Shown here piece after piece: positions 1-8,973 of a stretch of 64,000 nt of DNA. The DNA is taken from positions 32,001 through 96,000 of the IMG/VR virus record IMGVR_UViG_3300024999_000041. One strand, written 5' to 3'. The translations under genes were made by a program, and so were the position numbers. This DNA is from a virus. Each line of letters starts with the position of its first letter. Position 1 is the stretch's first letter. The notes under the pieces were generated by a model, which was given only the letters and a program-made list of their open reading frames with translations, had not been told where the DNA came from and ran no database searches.

Positions 1-776
1 TTAGAATCATCCTCTTCGTCTAAGAAGATAGCAGATAGATTATCCTCTTCCTTGTATATTATAATTCTAGTATAATCTCTTAACTTTAATATTTTTTCAA
101 TAAAAGGATGAACGGCTTTTGTAGCTAACCAAACATAATAATCATCCGTACTTTCTGGAGATGCTGGAATTAGTGCTCTAAGCTCTCTTCTTCCTTCAGA
201 ATCAGGTTCTGCCATCTTAAGCAATTTCATTATTTCAAAATAATTTGAATTCTTATAGACATCCATGGGAGGATGTTCTATTGAAGTAAAATAATCTTCG
301 TTTTCTATTCTTGCTACATTTTCTTTAACATTAAATATAATATAATTAACTATACCATCTTCCAATATTTTAGCTGAATCAAACCCCTCTATGCCTAAAT
401 TTGGAATAGTGTCTAAAAATTGTTCCGTAATTTCCCAAGAGTTTCCAGAATTTGCAATTATGGAAGGGTCTTGTATATCTATAAATTGAGATAAATATTC
501 GTCGTCCTCTTCTCCGTATGCGTAAGGGTCTGTTATCTCTCCAACAGTATCCTTTAACATCCTAAAATGTTCAGGATTAGTTATGTCAAAAGTTCTTCCT
601 AAGTCAACTTTGTATTTTTTAACATTTCCTTTTTTACTATATAACTTCGCAAAATCATAATTAGTGGAGAAATAATTTCCCACTCCAAACTCGTCGTCAA
701 AATCAGAACCTCTAAATAAAAGAACAGGATTGTTCTCCATCTTTTCCACTATCTTTTTAATTTTCTTTAAACTCAT
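1..776 (-). CDS. ADP-ribosyltransferase-like (ART-PolyVal type) domain protein, runs off left edge
   Basis: Own translation from ATG at 776: MSLKKIKK...LLFRGSDFDDEFGVGNYFSTNYDFAKLYSKKGNVKKYKV...GFDSAKILEDGIVNYIIF; open to position 1; not in ORF track. Confidence 0.55.
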   Translation of the reverse strand, partial: MSLKKIKKIVEKMENNPVLLFRGSDFDDEFGVGNYFSTNYDFAKLYSKKGNVKKYKVDLGRTFDITNPEHFRMLKDTVGEITDPYAYGEEDDEYLSQFIDIQDPSIIANSGNSWEITEQFLDTIPNLGIEGFDSAKILEDGIVNYIIFNVKENVARIENEDYFTSIEHPPMDVYKNSNYFEIMKLLKMAEPDSEGRRELRALIPASPESTDDYYVWLATKAVHPFIEKILKLRDYTRIIIYKEEDNLSAIFLDEEDDS

Positions 777-815
777 TAAATATATTTTCCAATAGTAATC
801 TATTTAAAATATAAA

Positions 816-1250
816 TTAATCATGTTTATATTTCTCATTTAAGTCTTTGAATAATTCTTCTCCATCTAACACAGCTTTGCCCTGAGTGAGTTCGTCCTCG
901 GCTTCATTAAGCTTGTTAAATAAATCTTCTATACTTTCACATCTCGTGAGGTTGATTCCGTTCTCCACTTCAAACATGGCTTCCAATGTTTCAGCATTAG
1001 GTTCATGAGAACTATACTCTAAAGAGGCACTTGGATATTCTTCATCGTCATCTGTTTTAATATAATAGTTATCTATGTCTTTAGCATCTACTTCTATCTC
1101 GGAAACATAGTAGAAATCATAATCTCCATAATCATCCGTCTGAGAATACATCTCACATAACCTATCGGCATGTTCTTTATTACTAAATGCTTCTACAGTA
1201 TAATCCCCGTCCATACCCAGATTGTGCATTACAACATAAACTTTACTCAT
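816..1250 (-). CDS. Hypothetical acidic protein with Phd/YefM antitoxin-like C-terminal segment
   Basis: AGGAGG RBS; C-terminus DLFNKLNEAEDELTQGKAVLDGEELFKDLNEKY. Confidence 0.5.
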   Translation of the reverse strand: MSKVYVVMHNLGMDGDYTVEAFSNKEHADRLCEMYSQTDDYGDYDFYYVSEIEVDAKDIDNYYIKTDDDEEYPSASLEYSSHEPNAETLEAMFEVENGINLTRCESIEDLFNKLNEAEDELTQGKAVLDGEELFKDLNEKYKHD

Positions 1251-1270
1251 TGTTCCTCCTAATTATAAAA

Positions 1271-1433
1271 ATAAGAGCTATCTTCCTCTTTCGTTATCTA
1301 GCACTTAATAAGTATATACTACCGTCGTAGCTTTCCTTACTGAGCTTGCGTAATCACTTTGGACTACGGAATCATAAACCGATTCTACGATACCCAAAGA
1401 AATAGCGGGTTTATCACTACTTGTCGCTCTTAT
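1271..1433 (-). ncRNA. Candidate structured RNA element A
   Basis: ATAAGAGC/GCTCTTAT closing stem, internal stems CTTTGG/CCAAAG and GAATC/GATTC, T-rich tail. Confidence 0.3.
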
Positions 1434-1521
1434 GTGTTATCTGTATTAAAGGAGTTCCTGTCAGGACACCTAAGCCCATAAACAGTATTCCTAACCCTGC
1501 AAAGAAACCAAACAGTTCCAT
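1417..1521 (-). CDS. 34-aa single-pass membrane peptide (paralog 2)
   Basis: MELFGFFAGLGILFMGLGVLTGTPLIQITHKSDK; AAGGAG RBS, TAATG coupling. Confidence 0.65.
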   Translation of the reverse strand: MELFGFFAGLGILFMGLGVLTGTPLIQITHKSDK

Positions 1522-1625
1522 TATTTCTCCTTGTGATTTATTGTTATAGTTATTCCACCATGGATGCAAAGACCAAAAGCTAAAACTATTAAAGCTAGTC
1601 CCGCAAAGGCTCCGAATAAATCCAT
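1521..1625 (-). CDS. 34-aa single-pass membrane peptide (paralog 1)
   Basis: MDLFGAFAGLALIVLAFGLCIHGGITITINHKEK; AAGGAG RBS. Confidence 0.65.
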   Translation of the reverse strand: MDLFGAFAGLALIVLAFGLCIHGGITITINHKEK

Positions 1626-1640
1626 ATTGTTTCTCCTTAT

Positions 1641-1970
1641 TTAAAGAATACTTCTGTATTCTACGGGTATTCCTTGTTTCATTGCTAAGTCTATTCCGTA
1701 ATTCATACCCTTAGATATACCTCTATCCGTATATACTACAGATTTATTTGCTACTACTCTCCAAGCCAAACCCGCATCAATACCCATTTGTCTTTCTTCT
1801 GGGATATTGTCATCTAGGATGCTATCTTGAGTATATAACAAATGACTCGCTATAGGAGATTCGCCTCTAAGTAGAGAGTCTCTAACAGCTAGTCTTGCAT
1901 ACTTTATATTTTCTTGTAACTCTTCTTCGGTCTTACCAGCGAAGGGGGATTCAACTATTACTAAATCCAC
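1641..1970 (-). CDS. DUF4406/nucleoside deoxyribosyltransferase-like phage protein
   Basis: VIVESPFAG, GESPIASHLLYTQ, VYTDRGISKGM motifs. Confidence 0.65.
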   Translation of the reverse strand: MDLVIVESPFAGKTEEELQENIKYARLAVRDSLLRGESPIASHLLYTQDSILDDNIPEERQMGIDAGLAWRVVANKSVVYTDRGISKGMNYGIDLAMKQGIPVEYRSIL

Positions 1971-1995
1971 TTAGTTTCTCCTTTATAAAAATAAA

Positions 1996-2121
1996 CTTGT
2001 CTGAGATACTGTAGGGAATTCCACCCTAATGTCCGCTACTTAAACATCTTCTAAAAGAGACGACCAACTTGTATGGCATACTAACTACTCTTAGAATCAA
2101 ACGCATGATTTCCCAGACAAG
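1996..2121 (-). ncRNA. Candidate structured RNA element B
   Basis: CTTGTCTGGGA/TCTCAGACAAG closing stem (one G-U), TAGGG-7nt-CCCTA hairpin, T-rich tail. Confidence 0.3.
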
Positions 2122-2445
2122 CTAAACTTCTACCTCCTGTATATAGAATGCTAAAGTTCTGTCAGGGTGTTTCTGTTCAGAGTACTTCTGCATGTAACTA
2201 GAACATTCTATGGCTTTCTCTTTGGTATTGAATTCATCTAACTGAATATCTTCTCCGTCTTCTCGTATCAATCTGACACGATATCTCTTATTAGATGGTT
2301 CGATTCCTGCTAACTCAGGAAGATTCTCTGCTATCATTCTCTCGGCATCTGCCCTTAATTCTGGAGGCAGATACTCCTTAAGTTCGTTTAATTTAGTGAA
2401 TAGATGTATTCTATAAGCATCACTATCTTGAGGTTCCATTGTCAT
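2122..2445 (-). CDS. Hypothetical protein
   Basis: Co-oriented ORF. Confidence 0.6.
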   Translation of the reverse strand: MTMEPQDSDAYRIHLFTKLNELKEYLPPELRADAERMIAENLPELAGIEPSNKRYRVRLIREDGEDIQLDEFNTKEKAIECSSYMQKYSEQKHPDRTLAFYIQEVEV

Positions 2446-2448
2446 TTA

Positions 2449-2967
2449 TTATCCCTTTACTAATTTAGTGATTCCTTTTTTATCATTTTCTTTGTTGTAC
2501 CTGATTAAATCATGTACGCTTATTAAAGTAACTACGTCTTGTCTTCCACGTCTATTGTATAGTTTATACAAAGCTTGTTCAGGATAATCTACGTAAACAT
2601 CGTAGTTGCATTTAGTTTCTATATACTCTCTTAAGAGTTCAGTTTTAACAAGCATGAAACCTTCTCCAGTTTCAAAAGCTATGTATTCTGATTTACCATA
2701 GACCCAACCAAAGTCTCCATTGACATTGGTTAATTCTATCCAGAGGAAATTACTTTGTACATCATAATCTTTTCTACTTATTTTCTTTTCGGCTTTAACA
2801 TCGAGTGAGGTGTAGAAGGAACCTTTCTTTACATAGAAATCTATGTGGTCAAACATGTTCTCTTCTCTAGTTGCATTGGTAACTGTAAACCCTAGGTTTA
2901 CAGCTAATTCCTTAAACTTAGTTTCGGCAGTTACACCAGAGACTCTTGATTGGTCTTGAACTCTCAT
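2449..2967 (-). CDS. PD-(D/E)XK nuclease-like protein
   Basis: E..F helix, HIDF, LDVKA motifs; AGGAG RBS. Confidence 0.6.
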   Translation of the reverse strand: MRVQDQSRVSGVTAETKFKELAVNLGFTVTNATREENMFDHIDFYVKKGSFYTSLDVKAEKKISRKDYDVQSNFLWIELTNVNGDFGWVYGKSEYIAFETGEGFMLVKTELLREYIETKCNYDVYVDYPEQALYKLYNRRGRQDVVTLISVHDLIRYNKENDKKGITKLVKG

Positions 2968-2999
2968 GTCTATCTCCTACTTTACTTATACATATAATT

Positions 3000-3028
3000 A
3001 TAATAGCATAAGACAGAAAAGAATTCAA
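3000..3028 (-). promoter_or_regulatory. Early-type sigma70 promoter
   Basis: ACAC-TTGAAT-17-TATTAT with TG extension. Confidence 0.6.
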
Positions 3029-3040
3029 GTGTATGTTAAG

Positions 3041-3784
3041 TTATATTAAACTAAGTCCATAATTAATCATAGATAACTTAGCGTTAGCATAAGCTGTAGA
3101 GTATTGTTGATTAGCTAACGGATAACCTCCGTTAGTTTGTATAGAGTTAGAATAAGCTTGCCACGCTTGAGAAGTAGCACAAGCATTATAAGCTTCTACT
3201 GCATAATCAAATCCATTGTTGTCTGTAGCATACCCGTGAGTTATTACAGGATAAGCATTACTATAACAAATATTAGAAGCATTCTCAGCACAGTACGCAG
3301 AGTTAATGGAAGTATTAGAGTTAGCCTCAGCTAAAATAGTATTATATATTTTAACTTGGTCGTCTGCGAAATTTAATACTGAGTGTGGATTTATATCTTC
3401 ATTAATAACTGCCTTAGCTACATCCGCTGCCATGTTAGAACCTGTTGACTTAGTAGCACAAATAGAAGCGTTCTCTGGAGTTGGGTTATTCAGATAAGCT
3501 ATAGCAGAAGCTAGAGCTTCAGAAGGTCTCCCGTCATTAGGATAAGCACTGGTGAAATTATTTATACACTGTTGAGATGCAAAGATTCCATATTGTATCT
3601 TCTGACTATGAGTAAGTTGTCTTAATACTAAAAAGTTAGCCCAATCGTATTGATGTTCGGATAATAGTTCAGTTATAAGTGTTGAAGAATCTATCTGGGT
3701 TTGTACTCCAAAATAAGTTACAGCCCATGTATAAAATTCTTTGGAAGCCTCATTATCTTTAAGCCATTGTAATGTTATTTGCAT
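3041..3784 (-). CDS. Imm5-like alanine-rich helical protein
   Basis: YPNDGRPSEALASAIAY motif. Confidence 0.45.
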   Translation of the reverse strand: MQITLQWLKDNEASKEFYTWAVTYFGVQTQIDSSTLITELLSEHQYDWANFLVLRQLTHSQKIQYGIFASQQCINNFTSAYPNDGRPSEALASAIAYLNNPTPENASICATKSTGSNMAADVAKAVINEDINPHSVLNFADDQVKIYNTILAEANSNTSINSAYCAENASNICYSNAYPVITHGYATDNNGFDYAVEAYNACATSQAWQAYSNSIQTNGGYPLANQQYSTAYANAKLSMINYGLSLI

Positions 3785-4035
3785 TTACTCTCCTTTGGTT
3801 CGTTATCAGTTATCTCGGTGAGTTCTCTCATCATAAGAGCTTTAGTCTCCCATTCTCTGAATTGCTCTTCGGTCATTATCTGATAGTCTTGGTGTTCTAT
3901 ATAAAATTCTAAGAAGTAAGATTCTGGATTACAACCCGCTAAATCACTTCCAACATAAGTTTGTATTACATCCCCGTCTTCGTATCTTAATAGATAATGT
4001 CCACTATCAGGACTTGTTAAATATACTTTATTCAT
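3775..4035 (-). CDS. EL[VIT]-tag family small protein (tag plus short extension)
   Basis: ...KALMMRELTE-ITDNEPKESKCK. Confidence 0.75.
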   Translation of the reverse strand: MNKVYLTSPDSGHYLLRYEDGDVIQTYVGSDLAGCNPESYFLEFYIEHQDYQIMTEEQFREWETKALMMRELTEITDNEPKESKCK

Positions 4036-4337
4036 GTAGTTAATTCCCTCATCATGTTTAAGGTAATAAGTTCTTTGTAATCATCTATCTGATATATTCT
4101 CTCTTTACAGGGAGCAATTAGTTTACTTATATATTCTAATTTAGTTTCATAAGTATTAGCGTATACAGGAAGAATTTTATGTTTATCATCAGATAAGTCT
4201 ATTAGTATTATATCAACTTTATAACCTTTTTGCAAGTCGTCAGTTACCAAGCATATTCCATTACCTTCCCTGAAGTAAGCATACTCTTTAGAAGGGTCAT
4301 AGTTCTGTAAGAACTGTTCAAAGGTATATTCTATCAT
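4032..4337 (-). CDS. EL[VIT]-tag family small protein
   Basis: Ends LNMMRELTT; ATGA overlap. Confidence 0.75.
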   Translation of the reverse strand: MIEYTFEQFLQNYDPSKEYAYFREGNGICLVTDDLQKGYKVDIILIDLSDDKHKILPVYANTYETKLEYISKLIAPCKERIYQIDDYKELITLNMMRELTT

Positions 4338-4678
4338 TCCGTCAACTCCCTCAACGTCTTTTTAATTTCCAGAAATTCCGTAGCTTTTTTCTGGGAATCA
4401 AATTCATATATCTCCCAGATATTCCTTAAGTCCCTATACTGCATTAAGGAACCTTCCATGTCATGTAGGGAGGAATGTGTTTCATATTGATTTTCTTTAT
4501 CCAACCAGTAGGTAGAAGATATTTCATATTCTATCCAAGGATAATCTTCTTTATTCCATTTACTTCTATTGGGACAGTGCATATAGCCACAAATAAATTT
4601 TCCATCCTTCTCGTCGTATTCAAGAACGATATATACTTTCTTAGGATTTATATTTGTTTTAATCTCAAACCTAGTCAA
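4334..4678 (-). CDS. EL[VIT]-tag family small protein
   Basis: Ends KKTLRELTE. Confidence 0.75.
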   Translation of the reverse strand: MTRFEIKTNINPKKVYIVLEYDEKDGKFICGYMHCPNRSKWNKEDYPWIEYEISSTYWLDKENQYETHSSLHDMEGSLMQYRDLRNIWEIYEFDSQKKATEFLEIKKTLRELTE

Positions 4679-4902
4679 CTTACCAGCTCTCTTAGGTATC
4701 TTATTCTTTCTACTTCTTCTTTATTCTCTAACAGGGTTACACTATTTATATTAAAGAACTCATTACGATAATCAGAGTCGTAAAACTTATGAACTATTTT
4801 ATAACCGCTTCTTATAAACTCTTGTCCTCTTCTGTTAGTATATAAGTATTTTGAATGACGACTCCTTTTCATAATCTGGTCGATACTTGTAATCTTAATC
4901 AT
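4675..4902 (-). CDS. EL[VIT]-tag family small protein
   Basis: Ends IRYLRELVS. Confidence 0.75.
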   Translation of the reverse strand: MIKITSIDQIMKRSRHSKYLYTNRRGQEFIRSGYKIVHKFYDSDYRNEFFNINSVTLLENKEEVERIRYLRELVS

Positions 4903-5199
4903 CTAATCCACCAGTTCCATCATCATTAGCACTCTGGTCATTTCTTCTTTTTCTTCGGGAGAACATTCCCACACATTAGTTATGTATCTATTATTTATGT
5001 GCATCTTTAGATTTGCTTCATCCCTTCCTCCTCGACAAGAATGCTTAGAGGGATTCTTAGATACGTAAGTAAATCTCCAAATATCAAACATGGCTTTCTC
5101 GGCTCTTTCAAATGTATAATAGCCGATAATCCCATCATCTTCTTTAGAGAAATATAATTTATTATAATCAAATTTATTTATATAATCTATCTTTCTCAC
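4903..5199 (-). CDS. EL[VIT]-tag family small protein
   Basis: Ends VLMMMELVD. Confidence 0.75.
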   Translation of the reverse strand: MRKIDYINKFDYNKLYFSKEDDGIIGYYTFERAEKAMFDIWRFTYVSKNPSKHSCRGGRDEANLKMHINNRYITNVWECSPEEKEEMTRVLMMMELVD

Positions 5200-5460
5200 T
5201 TAGCTTGCTAACTCCAGCATCATTAATCTTTTATTTATCTCATCTTGATTTATAGAATAGCTTATAGTATATAAGGAGGGTTTACATAACTGTTCATATA
5301 CATCTCTTATACTATAAAAGAGGATAGCTATCTCAAGGAGTCCAGTGTTAGTAATGACATAATGCTTTACTCCACTACCTTCTTTGATATAGACATGTTC
5401 GCCACTACAGCTTCGGATATATATTTTAGTTATGTCATTCCAATTATATAACTTAGCCAC
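5200..5460 (-). CDS. EL[VIT]-tag family small protein
   Basis: Ends RLMMLELAS. Confidence 0.75.
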   Translation of the reverse strand: MAKLYNWNDITKIYIRSCSGEHVYIKEGSGVKHYVITNTGLLEIAILFYSIRDVYEQLCKPSLYTISYSINQDEINKRLMMLELAS

Positions 5461-5768
5461 TACTCTTCTATCCCTTGAAATAAATCCATTATTGATATCT
5501 TATACTCTCCCATAGCTTCTATGAGTTTTGGGTCTAAAGTATCAGGAGTGTTCTCATCTATAATAGCGTAAAGTTTTACCCAATCTACTTTAAGATTGGT
5601 CGAGATAGCAGTTTGTAAAAACACTATAGTAGCTTGAGAAGCTGCTCTGAGATAGTTGAATTCGGTTCCGTTTTCACACCCCATCATCATATCATAAGAC
5701 AGAGCTTTGATTAAATCAATAACCCCTTCATATACTTCTCGTTTATTTTGTTCCATGATTATCTCCAT
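5460..5768 (-). CDS. Hypothetical helical protein (no tag)
   Basis: Co-oriented ORF downstream of a promoter. Confidence 0.6.
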   Translation of the reverse strand: MEIIMEQNKREVYEGVIDLIKALSYDMMMGCENGTEFNYLRAASQATIVFLQTAISTNLKVDWVKLYAIIDENTPDTLDPKLIEAMGEYKISIMDLFQGIEE

Positions 5769-5809
5769 TCATTATCATATTTAAAAAATCATAAGGCTTA
5801 TATAACTTC

Positions 5810-5837
5810 ATTATATCAAATGTTCTATCTTTGTCAA
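5810..5837 (-). promoter_or_regulatory. sigma70 promoter
   Basis: TTGACA-16-TATAAT with TG extension. Confidence 0.6.
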
Positions 5838-5885
5838 GCCCTGTATATTTCTTTTCTTGTATTGGTCTGGGTGCTATTAATATTT

Positions 5886-6167
5886 TCATTCTACTAATTC
5901 CTCCATTAGCCACTGAGAGAGCATTCTCTCATCAGTTACTATTTCTAATTCATCACGAGAGTTCTCTGCTTTTTTAATTAGTCCTGCTTCGTCAGATACG
6001 AAAAAAGAACGTAACCAGTTACCGTCATGTTCACAATCTGGCTCTCTATAGAATTCTACGCAGTCATCATCTGTTATTCTGTAATAAAGAAAACTTCCAT
6101 AGACTAAACTATTATACAAATCCTCATTACGGTTTATATTATGAAAAATGTATTTATAGTATTTCAT
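5886..6167 (-). CDS. EL[VIT]-tag family small protein
   Basis: Ends QWLMEELVE. Confidence 0.75.
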   Translation of the reverse strand: MKYYKYIFHNINRNEDLYNSLVYGSFLYYRITDDDCVEFYREPDCEHDGNWLRSFFVSDEAGLIKKAENSRDELEIVTDERMLSQWLMEELVE

Positions 6168-6505
6168 CCTACTAACTCCGTGAGTACCATGTGTTTAACT
6201 AAGTGTTCTTTCAATTCTGACAGAGAATCAAATTCTATTATACCTGTTGCTTTCTCTACGTCTTCACTTGTCGGTTTACTATTTACCATATAACTTTCTA
6301 TGTCGTAACACCAATCGGCTACATTACTTTTGAAGTTCTTTCTTTGTTTAATTCTAACACTCCCATCAGAAAAGTCAAGCTCGTAAAGTTTAAAATCATC
6401 TTTTCTTTTCATATATAATTTGAAATCGGGAAGCAATAGATAAACTTTAGATGGATTAGCATCCCAGATATTTTCTCCGTCTACATATCTGTAAGTCTTA
6501 ATCAT
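6164..6505 (-). CDS. EL[VIT]-tag family small protein
   Basis: Ends HMVLTELVG. Confidence 0.75.
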   Translation of the reverse strand: MIKTYRYVDGENIWDANPSKVYLLLPDFKLYMKRKDDFKLYELDFSDGSVRIKQRKNFKSNVADWCYDIESYMVNSKPTSEDVEKATGIIEFDSLSELKEHLVKHMVLTELVG

Positions 6506-6780
6506 GACGAAAGTTCCTCTATCATAAGATGCTTATTAATCTCGTCCATCATCTCTTCGTAAGAATTAAACTGCTTTAGTATTTTATATTTATATAGATT
6601 TTCTGAAATAAGATAACCGTCTCTTATTCTTTCCTCGCTGTAGGTTCTTTCTAACTCATTAGACTTCCCAAATCTAAAGGCATAAGATTTATATGTTTCT
6701 TTACAAGCAAAAGACCCTCCCAATGAAGATACAAAATCATCATTTAAATAAGGTTCTACTTGTACATAATATTTAGTCAT
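6502..6780 (-). CDS. EL[VIT]-tag family small protein
   Basis: Ends HLMIEELSS. Confidence 0.75.
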   Translation of the reverse strand: MTKYYVQVEPYLNDDFVSSLGGSFACKETYKSYAFRFGKSNELERTYSEERIRDGYLISENLYKYKILKQFNSYEEMMDEINKHLMIEELSS

Positions 6781-7210
6781 TGATTAACTCTTCCATAACA
6801 TACTTGGATAGAAATATATTTTCTCCTTTATCTAACATGGGTTTAAAACGCTCTTTGCAATCTTCAAAAGAATCAAATAATAATTTTATAACAGGTTTTG
6901 AATTTGTGTAAAGTCTTATTAAATCATAGAATAAATCTGACCTATTAGTATTTATACGCTCCCATCTTTGAGATTTCAAAGTATGAATGTATCTGGGATA
7001 AACTCCTATCATGCTAAAATCTTCTCTACAAGAATATCTTATAGGCATTAATCCAGTAAACTTCTTATTAAACACTTCTACAAAATAACTCATGCTAGAA
7101 TAAAAGATACTGTTATCCAAGCGTTCCTTTTCTATCATAGGTTTTATAGTAAGTTCGTACCAAACATCTTGGAACTTTAACTTCTGTACAAGTAGCTCAT
7201 GTCTATTCAT
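6773..7210 (-). CDS. EL[VIT]-tag family protein
   Basis: Ends KYVMEELIND. Confidence 0.75.
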   Translation of the reverse strand: MNRHELLVQKLKFQDVWYELTIKPMIEKERLDNSIFYSSMSYFVEVFNKKFTGLMPIRYSCREDFSMIGVYPRYIHTLKSQRWERINTNRSDLFYDLIRLYTNSKPVIKLLFDSFEDCKERFKPMLDKGENIFLSKYVMEELIND

Positions 7211-7404
7211 GATACAAGCTCCCTCATATATAGAAAGGATTCCACCTGTTCTTTACTATATTCTTTCATCTTATCTAACAGAACATTTTCGTTTTCCGTG
7301 AACCATTTCTTCTGATGAAAGGAATACCAAAGTACTCTATTATTAGAATTTATTTTATATATTAAAGGTTTATCTACATCTAGTCTTGTAGCAAAATATC
7401 TCAT
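7207..7404 (-). CDS. EL[VIT]-tag family small protein
   Basis: Ends FLYMRELVS. Confidence 0.75.
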   Translation of the reverse strand: MRYFATRLDVDKPLIYKINSNNRVLWYSFHQKKWFTENENVLLDKMKEYSKEQVESFLYMRELVS

Positions 7405-7634
7405 CTTACCAACTCCTTAAGCATAAAAGGAGCCAAAGCTTTTCCTTCGGATATTTCTTTAACGATGTAATCCTGCTCTTCCCAATGTAACAAAACCTCT
7501 TCAGCAGGATACCAAGATTTCATCCATAAAGGATTATAGCAATTGTCATAAAAATGAATAGAGTTCTCTTCCGAGATACTGTAAACTTTTAAAAGCTCAT
7601 TACCACTCTTACTAATTACTTCGTAATACTTCAT
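7401..7634 (-). CDS. EL[VIT]-tag family small protein
   Basis: Ends PFMLKELVR. Confidence 0.75.
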   Translation of the reverse strand: MKYYEVISKSGNELLKVYSISEENSIHFYDNCYNPLWMKSWYPAEEVLLHWEEQDYIVKEISEGKALAPFMLKELVR

Positions 7635-7885
7635 GATACTAACTCCAGCATAGATAACTCAGCTTCTATTTCTGACTCGTGTAGTATCTTTATTTCGTAA
7701 TCAGTACTTGCTTCAACTAACAAAGCTTTCTCTGTCGGTATAATAGATTCAGTCCATTTACCTTCTCTGAAAGAATAGTAAGATACTCTGGTACCTCTGC
7801 CTCTTATCCTATAAACAGAACAAAGACTTGGTTGCCTTTCATTTCCAGTATATGTAAATTTATAATACTTATACTTACTAGCCAT
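7631..7885 (-). CDS. EL[VIT]-tag family small protein
   Basis: Ends ELSMLELVS. Confidence 0.75.
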   Translation of the reverse strand: MASKYKYYKFTYTGNERQPSLCSVYRIRGRGTRVSYYSFREGKWTESIIPTEKALLVEASTDYEIKILHESEIEAELSMLELVS

Positions 7886-8084
7886 TGATAACCTCGTAGT
7901 TTCTTATTGATTGCATGTCCCTAGCTCTGAATAAAGCTTTATGTCCGTTCTTATACTCAATCAATTTGTATAACCCGCCTCTAGTACCTTCACAGTAGTA
8001 ATAGAATTTAGATTCTCCTTGTTTGAAAACATTAGGATATTCTTGTTGAACATCTACTACATGTGTTACTTTTACTTTAAGCAT
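7878..8084 (-). CDS. Hypothetical protein, first gene of operon
   Basis: AAGGAG RBS after promoter. Confidence 0.65.
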   Translation of the reverse strand: MLKVKVTHVVDVQQEYPNVFKQGESKFYYYCEGTRGGLYKLIEYKNGHKALFRARDMQSIRNYEVING

Positions 8085-8112
8085 TAATATCTCCTTGATT
8101 AACTATATAGTT

Positions 8113-8164
8113 AGATTACCATAGCTAAGACAAGAAGTCAATGGTATGTAAATATATTGTTACA
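8113..8164 (-). promoter_or_regulatory. Early promoter module with TGTAAC-N6-TTTACA box
   Basis: TTGACT-17-TAATCT; box 5 nt upstream of -35. Confidence 0.65.
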
Positions 8165-8312
8165 CTTTCTTAACTATTACCTGTAAGTTATCCCAAGCAT
8201 CTCCCAGACTATGCACTCTATACATATCCTGACTATTTCCTATCAAAAATATTTGAACATCTCCATCATCATGAAGGTCTTTTAAATAATCTTTAAGTTC
8301 ATAAACTTTCAT
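8160..8312 (-). CDS. Hypothetical 50-aa protein
   Basis: MKVYELKDYLKDLHDD..., AAGGAG RBS. Confidence 0.5.
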   Translation of the reverse strand: MKVYELKDYLKDLHDDGDVQIFLIGNSQDMYRVHSLGDAWDNLQVIVKKV

Positions 8313-8545
8313 TTAGGATACTCCTTTATATTGTTACACTTTATGTACTTCTATTATAGTAGAGAATACTCCGTCATCTACAGAAACATTATCCCTAGAG
8401 GCTAATTCTTTTATAAGTGCTTCTTTAGAAAATAGTTTAAGTATTTCTATCTTATCTTCTTTAATCATTTCTTCCTTAATATTTTTTGACATAAGTTATG
8501 ATTTATTAATAGTTTTCGACTTGGCTTAATCTTTTTCGACTTTAT

Positions 8546-8776
8546 CTATCTTATCAAGTAGCTATGTTTAAGAAGTCTTTTTAATTCCAAACAATGATAC
8601 TTAAGATAATTAAGTTCCGATTCCCTATCAATATCTTTATAGGTTTTAATAAAGTAGCTTCTCATCTTTATAAATCCTAGTAGGTGTCCGACTTCTCCAC
8701 AATGATTTTGTTTATTCTTACTTATCTCTCTGAGTTCTACACTGCTCCCAGACTTAGTTCCATTCTGAGTACTCAT
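8546..8776 (-). CDS. Hypothetical protein
   Basis: ATGA-coupled ORF. Confidence 0.5.
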   Translation of the reverse strand: MSTQNGTKSGSSVELREISKNKQNHCGEVGHLLGFIKMRSYFIKTYKDIDRESELNYLKYHCLELKRLLKHSYLIR

Positions 8777-8973
8777 CGTTTCTTCCCTTGTACTAAATTA
8801 AAACAATAGTCCAATATTCTTTCATTAGTGTCATTGACTCTATATCCCATCACAACACCGCTATCCCCTATAAAGAAATCAGTAGGATATTTTATCTCTT
8901 CATTTAAGAATATCTTTACTTCTTTTTTAACAACTATATTTCCGTGTCTAGGTTTAGCAACGTACTCAAACAT
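8773..8973 (-). CDS. Hypothetical protein
   Basis: Coupled ORF. Confidence 0.55.
   Translation of the reverse strand: MFEYVAKPRHGNIVVKKEVKIFLNEEIKYPTDFFIGDSGVVMGYRVNDTNERILDYCFNLVQGKKR

Noticed and set aside
1271-2121. tRNA genes
   Set aside because: Only isolated D-arm-like or T-arm-like pieces; no complete cloverleaf
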